NCBI GenBank assembly: GCA_043822925.1
Contig: JBDRBF010000011.1
Location: 1 to 18,967, forward strand
Source of the DNA: a bacterium
GTDB taxonomy: Bacteria > Babelota > Babeliae > Babelales > RVW-14
Direction of reading: 5' to 3'
Length of the DNA: 18,967 nt
This document shows positions 1-8,286 of this stretch, piece after piece. The notes beneath the pieces were generated by a model, which saw nothing but the letters and a program-made list of their open reading frames with translations, was not told the origin of the DNA and did no database searches. A program made the position numbers and the translations under genes. How positions within the stretch are numbered: position 1 is the first letter of the stretch; every line of letters starts with the position of its first letter.

Positions 1-2
1 GC

Positions 3-356
3 GGGCTTTCTGGGCCGGCGGGTTCTGGAAAGAAGAAGGAAATAAAATTAAAAGAGTTCAATGAAAATCCCAGTATAAGTCTAATTGACGCTGATGAAAA
101 AGCGCTTTGTCTTTTGTTTAATAAGTTAACTGAAATAACAATTCCAGATGGACTGAAAAAACTTAAGAATCTTGATCTTTCAGGTAATCCTGATTTAACA
201 GCTATTAATGGGTTGGAGAAGTTAACGAGTCTCAGGCTACTTAATCTTAAAGATGTTAACACAGGAAAAATAGATGGCCTTGTTGAGACGATACAAAATT
301 TAGACCTATTTCAAGTTGAAGGTGATCCAGGAGTTTATAGAAAAAAAATAGCCTAA
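3..356 (+). CDS. Leucine-rich repeat protein, 5'-truncated by window edge
   Basis: Frame is open from position 3 (GLSGPAGSGKKKEIKLKEF...) into the listed 114..356 ORF. LRR motifs LCLLFNKLTEI, LKKLKNLDLSGNPDL, LEKLTSLRLLNL. Shares NKLxxIxxPxGLKK...DLxxNPD with the 1724..2488 protein. Confidence 0.8.
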   Translation, partial: GLSGPAGSGKKKEIKLKEFNENPSISLIDADEKALCLLFNKLTEITIPDGLKKLKNLDLSGNPDLTAINGLEKLTSLRLLNLKDVNTGKIDGLVETIQNLDLFQVEGDPGVYRKKIA

Positions 357-410
357 AATTAGGGAGGCGACGGCACAATAAACATGCAGTCGCCTCCCTA
401 ATTTTAGGCT
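350..410. terminator. Perfect 22-bp inverted repeat, probable bidirectional terminator or REP-like element between convergent genes
   Basis: agcctaaaattagggaggcgac (350-371) is the exact reverse complement of gtcgcctccctaattttaggct (389-410). It includes the LRR stop codon. Confidence 0.8.
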
Positions 411-428
411 TAGTTAATGGCATATGAT

Positions 429-791
429 TTATGCATCTATATTTTGATGAATAATTCGAATTGTTTTTTCAGTTACTACGATGAAATTTTCTGCAATTTG
501 GTGCATATGTTTTTTTAATACATTTTTAAGAGTATTGATTTTATTGAGTGGTTGTTCATCTTCTAGCCGTAAGAGAATAATTCCTCGATGAGGTAGTTGT
601 TGCCTAAATATCATATCACCAAAATCTTTATCGTTGGTGATGAGTATTCGATTTTCAGAGAATGCTTTTTGTAAAACCTGTGTATCAGAGTATCCGTGAA
701 GTTTTTCTGAAATAGATAAAGCGTCGTACCCGTTTTCTTCTAACCACCGGGCGACACTTGGTCCAGTACATTCATCAATAAGAAATTTCAT
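429..791 (-). CDS. DUF5615-family PIN-like protein (VapC45-like putative toxin)
   Basis: MKFLIDE N-terminus, SDxxVLxxAxxExRILITxDKDFG motif, 120 aa. Start overlaps the upstream DUF433 stop (ATGA). Confidence 0.88.
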   Translation of the reverse strand: MKFLIDECTGPSVARWLEENGYDALSISEKLHGYSDTQVLQKAFSENRILITNDKDFGDMIFRQQLPHRGIILLRLEDEQPLNKINTLKNVLKKHMHQIAENFIVVTEKTIRIIHQNIDA

Positions 792-1036
792 GATTGTTCA
801 TTGTTGATAGGTAAAAAAGTTGAGCTATCGAGGGTTTTTGTTGCAAAGATGAGGCAGGCTGTAATATCTTCGCGTTCAATGTTTGGATATTCTTTTTTTA
901 TATCGTCCATTGTTTGTCCATGTGCGAGTAGGCCAAGAATAAATTGAACAGTTAAGCGCGTTCCCTTGATGACCGGTTTGCCTACCATGACGTTTGGATT
1001 AATGGTGATTCTGCGTAGGAGATTTTTTTTGTCCAT
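788..1036 (-). CDS. DUF433-family protein (VapB45-like putative antitoxin)
   Basis: RITINPNVMVGKPVIKGTRLTV...EYPNIEREDITACL is the typical DUF433 pattern. Directly upstream of the PIN gene, AAGGG SD. Confidence 0.9.
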   Translation of the reverse strand: MDKKNLLRRITINPNVMVGKPVIKGTRLTVQFILGLLAHGQTMDDIKKEYPNIEREDITACLIFATKTLDSSTFLPINNEQS

Positions 1037-1130
1037 ATTTTCCCTTTTATTTTATATGAAAGTGTTTAATTATTTTTATCATTATTATAGTTTGTTGTCC
1101 AATGAGGGCTTATTAGCTTGTTAACAAAAG

Positions 1131-1599
1131 ATTCCTAGGCTTTGCATAGAGCTTTGCTGGGCAATACTATGATAGAGCAGGAATGTTTCGAAAATTTAGG
1201 ATAATCTTACTTAATAACAAAGTTAATCAGGCGATCTGGGACGAAGGTAATTTTGATGATATTTTTACCTTGTAGGAGTTTAAGCGTTTTTGGTACGATT
1301 TTAAAAAGCGATGAAAGCGTTTATAAGAGGCTTCGTTTGTTTTGGTTCCTGCTGGTAAAATATTTGTTGGGTCTGCAACAAAATCCCACAACCTATTAAG
1401 ACAGTTTTTTATACCCTTAATAGAATCAGATTGCCATACTGTGGACATTGTGTATTTACCTAGTCTGGTATTCCAGTTAGTGGCGACCCCCTGGTGCCGT
1501 AATGTTTGAGTACGTAACTTGCTAGATATATTGGTATTTGTTTATTGTTAACGGTGTTTGTAGCATAGCTGCCGGTAAATACGCCAGTTTTTGTTTTAG
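1131..1599 (-). pseudogene. leuS: Degenerate partial duplicate of the leuS 3' region and its downstream flank (four collinear blocks)
   Basis: 1131-1271=2586-2726; 1272-1437=3058-3223; 1438-1492=3645-3699; 1493-1599=4120-4226. About 25-27 mismatches counted by eye, including TGG->TAG. Three internal deletions. Confidence 0.95.
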
Positions 1600-1723
1600 A
1601 ATAAGTTAGAACATATCATACCGGCAAAGCATACTGTTGAAAATGGTTAGAAATCTGTTTTAGGCTTTAATCTCGATTGTTAATGCGCCAAAAACATTAT
1701 TTTCTGGTTTTTTATATAAGCGA

Positions 1724-2488
1724 GTGAGAAGAGATGGTGAAGAATGGTTTTGTGGCGCGTCAAGTTCTTGTACGCCAGGGCTCTGTGTTTTAGGCTTTAT
1801 TTTTATGCTGCCGGCGCTTAAAGCAGATCTTACGGCGCAGGTCGGTAGTTTAACAAAATCGTTGACGGTGTTGAAGGGTAAGTATGTTTTGTTGGCCGAG
1901 ATGCTTGGGCAGGTGCGTGGGAAATTGGGCGCGGGTGGGCTGGACAAGCTTAGATTATTTACAGAAAAAGAGTCTGAAAAAGCAGCGGCCATAATTAAAG
2001 ATTTTAAGGAACGTTTAAACGGCGGGCGACCAGGCGTATTGCATCCGGAAGATATTGGTGCGCTGGATGAAGGTGTAAGTTTAGAGCATGTCGTGTTAAA
2101 TGTGTTTGAAGAAATAGGGGATAAAATAGAGAGGCTTGATTTGAGTGGGTATAAAATAAAAAAAATAGATGTAACGACGTTAAAAAAACTTAAAAGTCTG
2201 TGTTTAGGGAACTGTGGCTTGGAAGAAATAAAAGGCTTGGATACGTTGGAAAATTTAGTAGAAGTTAATCTTAGATATAATAAGTTAAAACAAATCCCAT
2301 GGCCAGCAGGCTTAAAGAAATCGGAGAGTTTTTATTTAGGTATTGATCTTCGATATAATCCTGATTTTGATAAAAAAACTGTACCTATACATTTTGATGA
2401 AAGTGTGTATTCAGGGATATATATACCTACGAAATTTCATAAGAAATTGATGCGTATAGTTATGAATTTTTTTGGTTTTGGAAAGTGA
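1724..2488 (+). CDS. Putatively secreted leucine-rich repeat protein with N-terminal heptad helix; true start uncertain (possible frameshifted ATG at 1734)
   Basis: LRRs IERLDLSGYKIKKI, LKKLKSLCLGNCGLEEIKGLDTLENLVEVNLRYNKLKQI. Hydrophobic GLCVLGFIFMLPALKA signal-like segment. Confidence 0.8.
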   Translation: MRRDGEEWFCGASSSCTPGLCVLGFIFMLPALKADLTAQVGSLTKSLTVLKGKYVLLAEMLGQVRGKLGAGGLDKLRLFTEKESEKAAAIIKDFKERLNGGRPGVLHPEDIGALDEGVSLEHVVLNVFEEIGDKIERLDLSGYKIKKIDVTTLKKLKSLCLGNCGLEEIKGLDTLENLVEVNLRYNKLKQIPWPAGLKKSESFYLGIDLRYNPDFDKKTVPIHFDESVYSGIYIPTKFHKKLMRIVMNFFGFGK

Positions 2489-2527
2489 ATAATTTATCGA
2501 AATAAACGGTAGATAATTGATTTAAAA

Positions 2528-2572
2528 ATTATAGAGGCGATTGCATGTTTATTGTGCAGTCGCCTCTATAAT
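2528..2572. terminator. Inverted repeat, same family as 350-410 but in opposite orientation
   Basis: attatagaggcgattgca / tgcagtcgcctctataat stem (one G-T pair), lying between the convergent LRR and leuS 3' ends. Confidence 0.8.
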
Positions 2573-2661
2573 GGTCTTACGACAAACTCCCAGGCTTTGC
2601 ATAAGGCTTTGCTGGGCAGTACTATGATAGAGCAGGAATGTTTCGAAAATTTAGGATAATC

Positions 2662-5115
2662 TTACTTAATAACAAAGTTAATCAGGCGATCTGGGACGAA
2701 GATAACTTTGACGATATCTTTACCTTCAAGCCATTTGCCCGCAAGTTCTTGTGCTTGCGTTTGTATCTCTTGTTGGCGGGAGCCTTTAGCAGAAGCAAGT
2801 GTGCCGCGCAATTTACCGTTAATTTGTATCGCTATTTCAATCTCGTTAACTTGTGCCAGTTGTTCATCGTATACCGGCCATGTGCAATCTTTTAATTGTT
2901 TTCCGACAAATTTTTCAAGCAACTCACTTGCTAAGTGTGGTGCCATTACTGAAACGACGGTCAAAAAGCTTGTGAGTATTTCTTTGTCTAGTTTAAGATC
3001 TTCTGAGTGCAGGTCGTTCAAATATTCCATGATCGCTGAAACAGCAGTATTTACTTTGTAGGCATCTAAGCGTTTTTGGTAGGATTTTAAAAAGCGATGA
3101 AAGCGTTTATAAGAGGCTTCGTTTGCTTTGGTTCCCGCTGGTAAAATATTTGTTGGGTCTGCAACAAAATCCCACAACCTATTAAGACAGTTTTTTATAC
3201 CCTTAATAGAATCAGATTGCCATTCAGAATCAAGCTCTGGTGGCCCCATAAAGAGCATGTACATACGTAGTGTGTCTGAGCCATATTCTTTAATAATATC
3301 GTCTGGGTTTACAACGTTGCCTTTAGATTTTGACATCTTTTCTACACGGCCTGTTTTTTCAGACTTCATACAGACCATGCCTTGATTAAAGAGCTTTTTA
3401 AATGGTTCGTCGAATGGCAAGAAACCGAGATCATGCAACACTTTGACGTAAAAACGTGCATATAATAAATGCAAAATAGCATGTTCTATGCCGCCGACAT
3501 ACAGATCTACGGGCATCCAGTGTGCGATTTCTTTTGGATCAAATGCTTTGTCATGTAAATTTGGATTTGGATAGCGCAAAAAGTACCATGAAGAACCAGC
3601 CCACTGAGGCATGGTGTTTGTTTCACGTTTTGCATTTACTCCACACTGTGGACATTGTGTGTTTACCCAGTCTGGTATTCCAGCCAGTGGTGACTCACCT
3701 GTACCTGTAGGTTGATATTCTTGGACATCTGGCAGGCGTACGGGCAAATCTTTTTCAGGTACTGGAACTATGCCACAGATAGGGCAATGAATAAGGGGGA
3801 TTGGTTCTCCCCAGTAACGCTGGCGAGAAAAGATCCAGTCGCGTAGTTTGTAAGTTGTTTCTGATTTTGCTTTGCCTGCTGCTTGTAAGAAATTTACGAT
3901 GGCTTGAGTTCCCGCCGCTTTTGCTTCTAGTTTATCAAATTGCTGCGAATTAATAAGTGTTCCGTCGCCATCAAAAGCTTGTGTTAATTGGCCTGATTTT
4001 TTATCGATATGAATGAGGTCATCGTTATCTGGTTTAATTACTTGAATTATAGGCAGGGTATATTTTTGTGCGAAATCAAAGTCGCGTTGGTCATGGGCTG
4101 GAACGGCCATGATGGCACCGGTGCCGTAATGTTTGAGTACATAACTTGCTAGATATATTGGGATTTGTTTATTGTTAACGGGGTTTGTAGCATAGCTACC
4201 GGTAAATACGCCAGTTTTTGTTTTAGCTGTGTCTGAGAGTCTATCAAATTCGCTCATGTGGGCTATTTGTTCTTGATATTCAAGAATAGCTGCTTTTTGA
4301 TCTGGCTTGGTAATCTGTTCGACTATTTCGTGATCTGGGGCCACAACCATAAATGTTGCGCCAAAAAGCGTGTCTGGGCGTGTGGTAAAGACAGGTATGT
4401 CTAGGCCGCTATCTGTGGTAAAAATAACGCGAGCCCCAACGCTTTTGCCGATCCAGTTTTGTTGCATGAGTTTAACTTTTTCAGCCCACTCAAGTTTTTC
4501 CAGGCCAGTTAGGAGCTTTTCAGCATATTTTGTGATGCGCAAAACCCATTGGCGAACATTTTTTTGTGAAACTTGTGAGCCACATCTATCGCAGCCTCCG
4601 GCTACGACTTCTTCGTTAGCCAGGCCTGTTAGACATTTTGGACACCAGTTTATAGGCATGTTGTCTTCGTAGGCTAGTCCCGCTTTGAACATTTGTAAAA
4701 AAATCCATTGGGTCCATTTGTAATATTCTGGGTCAGTTGTATTAATTTCTTTATCCCAGTCGTATATTGCGCCAAGCATGTCTAATTGTTTTTTGAAAGC
4801 ATCTATGTTTTTGGCAGTGCATTCTTTTGGATGCTGGTTTTGTTGTATCGCATAGTTTTCTGCTGGTAGGCCGAAAGCGTCCCAGCCCATAGGGTGCAAG
4901 ACGTTGTAACCTTCGAGCAATTTTATGCGTGAGTATACGTCTGAAAAGGTATAACCCTTTAAGTGTCCGACGTGCAGGCCTGCGCCTGAAGGATAGGGAA
5001 ACATATCTAAGCAGTAGTATTTTTTGCCGGTGATTGTGTCTTTTGTTTTAAAATAAGGGTTTTCTTTCCAATTTTTGCGCCACTTGGCTTCTACTGACTT
5101 AAAATCGTAACTCAT
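2662..5115 (-). CDS. leuS: Leucine--tRNA ligase
   Basis: [15 protein letters not shown] (HIGH motif), [11 protein letters not shown], editing-domain [12 protein letters not shown] and [53 protein letters not shown]. 817 aa. Confidence 0.99.
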   Translation of the reverse strand: MSYDFKSVEAKWRKNWKENPYFKTKDTITGKKYYCLDMFPYPSGAGLHVGHLKGYTFSDVYSRIKLLEGYNVLHPMGWDAFGLPAENYAIQQNQHPKECTAKNIDAFKKQLDMLGAIYDWDKEINTTDPEYYKWTQWIFLQMFKAGLAYEDNMPINWCPKCLTGLANEEVVAGGCDRCGSQVSQKNVRQWVLRITKYAEKLLTGLEKLEWAEKVKLMQQNWIGKSVGARVIFTTDSGLDIPVFTTRPDTLFGATFMVVAPDHEIVEQITKPDQKAAILEYQEQIAHMSEFDRLSDTAKTKTGVFTGSYATNPVNNKQIPIYLASYVLKHYGTGAIMAVPAHDQRDFDFAQKYTLPIIQVIKPDNDDLIHIDKKSGQLTQAFDGDGTLINSQQFDKLEAKAAGTQAIVNFLQAAGKAKSETTYKLRDWIFSRQRYWGEPIPLIHCPICGIVPVPEKDLPVRLPDVQEYQPTGTGESPLAGIPDWVNTQCPQCGVNAKRETNTMPQWAGSSWYFLRYPNPNLHDKAFDPKEIAHWMPVDLYVGGIEHAILHLLYARFYVKVLHDLGFLPFDEPFKKLFNQGMVCMKSEKTGRVEKMSKSKGNVVNPDDIIKEYGSDTLRMYMLFMGPPELDSEWQSDSIKGIKNCLNRLWDFVADPTNILPAGTKANEASYKRFHRFLKSYQKRLDAYKVNTAVSAIMEYLNDLHSEDLKLDKEILTSFLTVVSVMAPHLASELLEKFVGKQLKDCTWPVYDEQLAQVNEIEIAIQINGKLRGTLASAKGSRQQEIQTQAQELAGKWLEGKDIVKVIFVPDRLINFVIK

Positions 5116-5188
5116 GATTTGTTTCTTCCTATTTTTCTAAACAACCTGTTTCTTGTCGTTCTGGATGGTCTGGAGGCTCGCCTACAAA

Positions 5189-5220
5189 CTTGTCGCGCCG
5201 TAGCCTTGGCGTAGATGGAT
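5189..5220. repeat. Short REP-like imperfect palindrome upstream of leuS
   Basis: cttgtcgcgccgtagccttggcgtagatggat is GC-rich in an AT-rich intergenic region. Its reverse-complement core ctacgccaaggctacg resembles ctttgcataaggctttg at ~2595-2611. Confidence 0.35.
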
Positions 5221-5349
5221 TATTTTAACGCGTGTGCGGTGCAAAGTCGAGAGCGTAAACTCATCGAATACTATATGTATTTTTACGTGTATGTCTAATT
5301 GCATGTTTGATTGCTCGATAATTTTATTCGCATTGACAAATATAAAATA

Positions 5350-5379
5350 TTGACTTCGCATCTTTTAATTTTGTAGCTT
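5350..5379 (+). promoter_or_regulatory. Candidate sigma70 promoter for the first C11 protease
   Basis: TTGACT (5350-5355), 18-nt spacer, TAGCTT (5374-5379), ~45 bp upstream of the ATG at 5423. Confidence 0.3.
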
Positions 5380-5422
5380 GAGAGTAGGAACTGGGGAATT
5401 AATTATCAAGGGGGAGAAGGGT

Positions 5423-6889
5423 ATGAAGTGTAATATGAGTGCTTTTCGTCGTCATATATCTATTTTTATATTTGTTCTTGTGTCAGTTTTTGCTGGCGCT
5501 TTTCAGACGCATGCATCGTCTGGGGTGCAAAAAGCAAAGGGTGAGGTCGATTGGACAATCTTAATTTATGCTCAAGCAAATAATTCTTTGAGTACTTTTG
5601 CTTATAAAAATTTTAATGATATGGCTACCGCAGGTTCTAATAAAGATGTAAATGTTGTTGTTCAGTGGTACAAAGCGGGTGAACCGGGAACATTTCGGTA
5701 TAGAATAGAAAACGGCAGATTAGAACTTGATGAGTGCCTTAAAGCGCCGACTGATGGAAATAAATCTGAAGATCTTGTTGGGGCTATGCGATGGGCTGTT
5801 TCCAAATATCCAGCAAAAAAATATTGTTTAGTTTTATGGAACCATGGGATCGGTATTTTGGATCCCGCATGGGGTAATTCTGTAATGATGGTTAGTCCGC
5901 GCTTTATTGACAATAATCCACGCATACAAATAGCTGGTGTTACAGAAGCTGATACAGGTATATTAGCTGATGATAATATGTTTGATATAAGTATTAATGC
6001 GACTCGCAATACAAGTAATTTAGGTGGCGCGTTTAGCGATACCGATTTATATCGTAGTAATACTGAGTTATATAGCGTTGCAGAGCACCGTGGGATATTA
6101 TTTAATGAGCGCAGCAGAACATATATGAACAATCAAAGTCTTTCTAAGGCACTTTCAATAATTAAAACAGATGTTTTAAAAAATAAGAAGATAGATGTTT
6201 TAGGCATGGATGCTTGTTTGATGGCAATGGTTGAAGTTGGGTATCAAGTAAAAGATTATGCTCAGTATATGGTTGCGTCTCAAGAGGTTGAACTTGCCTA
6301 TGGTTGGAACTATAAAATGTTGTTACAAGCATTTGGTATAAATAAGTTGACGCCTCTTGAAGTTGCGCAATCAATTGTACTTGTATATGAAGAATTGTAT
6401 AAAAAACAAATACAATTTTATACGCAATCAGCTATGAAATTGGAAAATTCAAATTTGCTTAAGATTTCTATTGATAATGTTGCGCGCGATATTTTATCCT
6501 GTTGCGATCTTGATTTTAATGGTTTTACTCAAGTGGTAAAAATGGCACGTAATAAATGTGTTTCTTTTAGTACGCCGACGTATATTGACGCGCATTCGTT
6601 TTTCCATGAGCTTGATTCTTTAATAGTATCGCTTTATGAGAAATCTCAATCAAGTAAGAATCTTGGTAAAACAAAAACAGCAACAGATAAATTGAAAATT
6701 TCGTTAAAAACAGCTCAGGATGTTATAGAAGATACGGTTGTCGCACAGGTGTCTGGTAAATATTACTTGAAAGCTAAAGGGCTTTCGATTTACTATCCAT
6801 CTAAGGCTATTAGCAAATCGTATGCTTCGACTGATTTTGCAAGAGACTCTGTTTGGTATAGCTTTTTGCAACAAGCTGTTTATTGGTAA
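5423..6889 (+). CDS. Clostripain-family (peptidase C11) cysteine protease, secreted; paralog 1
   Basis: WTILIY..ANNSL, YPAKKYCLVLWNHG (catalytic His), GMDACLM (catalytic Cys), YMVASQE, GLSIYYP. ATG 5423 follows a GGGGAG SD; signal peptide ends in THA. Confidence 0.92.
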   Translation: MKCNMSAFRRHISIFIFVLVSVFAGAFQTHASSGVQKAKGEVDWTILIYAQANNSLSTFAYKNFNDMATAGSNKDVNVVVQWYKAGEPGTFRYRIENGRLELDECLKAPTDGNKSEDLVGAMRWAVSKYPAKKYCLVLWNHGIGILDPAWGNSVMMVSPRFIDNNPRIQIAGVTEADTGILADDNMFDISINATRNTSNLGGAFSDTDLYRSNTELYSVAEHRGILFNERSRTYMNNQSLSKALSIIKTDVLKNKKIDVLGMDACLMAMVEVGYQVKDYAQYMVASQEVELAYGWNYKMLLQAFGINKLTPLEVAQSIVLVYEELYKKQIQFYTQSAMKLENSNLLKISIDNVARDILSCCDLDFNGFTQVVKMARNKCVSFSTPTYIDAHSFFHELDSLIVSLYEKSQSSKNLGKTKTATDKLKISLKTAQDVIEDTVVAQVSGKYYLKAKGLSIYYPSKAISKSYASTDFARDSVWYSFLQQAVYW

Positions 6890-6907
6890 AAAATTTTCTC
6901 TCTCCCC

Positions 6908-6952
6908 TGTAGTGCGAGCAATTGTTCTCGTTGAACAATCGCTCGCATTGCA
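6908..6952. terminator. Long hairpin between convergent genes (probable bidirectional terminator)
   Basis: tgtagtgcgagcaattgttc-tcgtt-gaacaatcgctcgcattgca imperfect stem. Confidence 0.7.
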
Positions 6953-6958
6953 ATTTTG

Positions 6959-7597
6959 TTAAAAAAAACTCGAGTAATCAGGACGTTCAAACTGAAGCCC
7001 AAGGAAAGATACACAAAAAACGACTATTAAGAGCATTATCCTAAAGGAGCCATTTGTGTAAATTTTTTTATCTTCTTGTTTTTTTGACTGTTTGATTACC
7101 CAATCTATAAGAACTTTAGCCGTGTTGACCTGGTTGTTTTTGGTTGCACCCAAAAGGGCCATAATCAGACTATTATGAGTTAGTAGATCTTTATTTTCTT
7201 TAAGAATAGTTTTTGCTTCTTTATCTAGCCCTTTTTTTGCCGCAAGAATGAGCTTTTTATCTGTATCGTTAATGGGTAGAGTTTCTAGTTTTAAGTTTAT
7301 CAATGTTTCTTTGATTTCTTTGTCGCGGTCTTTTATTTGGGGCAAAATGTTTTTGAATTTTTCTATGTCAGAGTCGCAGATAATTTCTTGGTTTTCTTTA
7401 TTAAAGTTTGGCCAACAAGAGGGGTTATAAGAATTTGGGTGGCTTGTGTTAAAATTACATCCAGAGATGTATGGGCTTGTGTTGCCCAATTGTTTTGTAA
7501 GTAGGCCAAAAGATTTTTGCATGGCCTGTACGTTTCCCAGTAAACTTGCCAAGAATGAGAAACAGATGGCTGAGAGAATAAGTTTCTTTGTTTGCAT
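6959..7597 (-). CDS. Secreted MQTKK-family protein with degenerate ankyrin-like helices and C-terminal hydrophobic segment
   Basis: Signal peptide MQTKKLIL...VQA|M. Ankyrin-like LILAAKKG and ALLGATKNNQVNTAKVLI. C-terminal FRIMLLIVVFCVSFLGLQF. Confidence 0.75.
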   Translation of the reverse strand: MQTKKLILSAICFSFLASLLGNVQAMQKSFGLLTKQLGNTSPYISGCNFNTSHPNSYNPSCWPNFNKENQEIICDSDIEKFKNILPQIKDRDKEIKETLINLKLETLPINDTDKKLILAAKKGLDKEAKTILKENKDLLTHNSLIMALLGATKNNQVNTAKVLIDWVIKQSKKQEDKKIYTNGSFRIMLLIVVFCVSFLGLQFERPDYSSFF

Positions 7598-7653
7598 AGC
7601 GGATCCATTCTTTTTGAGGCATTATAATTTTTGTTTATGATCTAAGTTTTTTT

Positions 7654-8232
7654 CTAGATATAGAACTCTTCTTGTTTCTCTAGTAAAAAATTCACAAAAA
7701 CATCGAACGTACTTTCTTGATTGTTCATCGCGGCTATATAGATTGCTTTGATAAGGTAATCTGTTTTGATTTGCTCGAAATTTTTATTGAGAACGTGTTT
7801 TATTAGATCATCTTGTTTTGTTTGTGTTAAAAAAATGAGCGTATATCCAATTTTGTCTGTTTTAGGGCTGTAGTCTGTGTATTTTATTTTTTCTTCTATA
7901 CATAAATCCAAGAATTTTTTTATTTGATCTTCTAATTTATAGCTCAAGCGGGCTCTACATAAAGATTCAAGCCCAAGGCGCGTTAAATTAGTTGTTTGCT
8001 TTTTCAAGAGCTCAAGTTTCCCTCTTTGAGCTGAAAAAATGATGGATCTTTCTAGATCGCAATAACCGGGATGAATTTCTTGTTTTTTCGATTTGAGTTT
8101 CAAGAATTGATCAATAAGCTTGAGAGGTAAGTAATCATGAGTAAACGGCTTGAGCATGCTGTATGTATTTTGAGTTGTACCTATGATGAGTGCACATGTG
8201 AGAGCTATGAGTATTCGTTTTTTTGTTTGCAT
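7654..8232 (-). CDS. Secreted MQTKK-family protein, degenerate ankyrin-like
   Basis: MQTKKRIL...TYS|M. IIFSAQRGKLELLK and AIYIAAMNNQESTFDVF. AAGGG SD. Confidence 0.75.
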   Translation of the reverse strand: MQTKKRILIALTCALIIGTTQNTYSMLKPFTHDYLPLKLIDQFLKLKSKKQEIHPGYCDLERSIIFSAQRGKLELLKKQTTNLTRLGLESLCRARLSYKLEDQIKKFLDLCIEEKIKYTDYSPKTDKIGYTLIFLTQTKQDDLIKHVLNKNFEQIKTDYLIKAIYIAAMNNQESTFDVFVNFLLEKQEEFYI

Positions 8233-8286
8233 AGTGACCCTTTTATGTTTCAGTTTTGTTTATTTGAGATTTGTATTTGAGATGCT

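Noticed and set aside
3-38. P-loop-like GPAGSGKK
   Set aside because: Lacks S/T after GK and is followed directly by LRRs. More likely a Gly-rich linker; upstream context is outside the window.
1227-1448. 73-aa ORF resembling LeuRS
   Set aside because: Chimeric by-product of the remnant: its ATG and tail are out-of-frame sequence joined by deletion junctions.
350-2572. Integron attC sites or CRISPR repeats
   Set aside because: No RYYYAAC/GTTRRRY ends, no regular repeat-spacer periodicity, and no integrase or cas genes.
1131-4226. Diversity-generating retroelement template/variable repeat pair
   Set aside because: Differences are not adenine-specific (mostly C/T, plus several transversions), the copy has large deletions, and no reverse transcriptase is in the window.
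2638-4672. Plus-strand ORFs within leuS, and other short ORFs antisense or out of frame within the LRR, C11, MQTKK and tkt genes
   Set aside because: Shadow ORFs of well-supported genes, with no recognisable motifs.
5116-5330. T-box riboswitch upstream of leuS
   Set aside because: No T-box consensus or terminator/antiterminator pair could be recognised on the minus strand.
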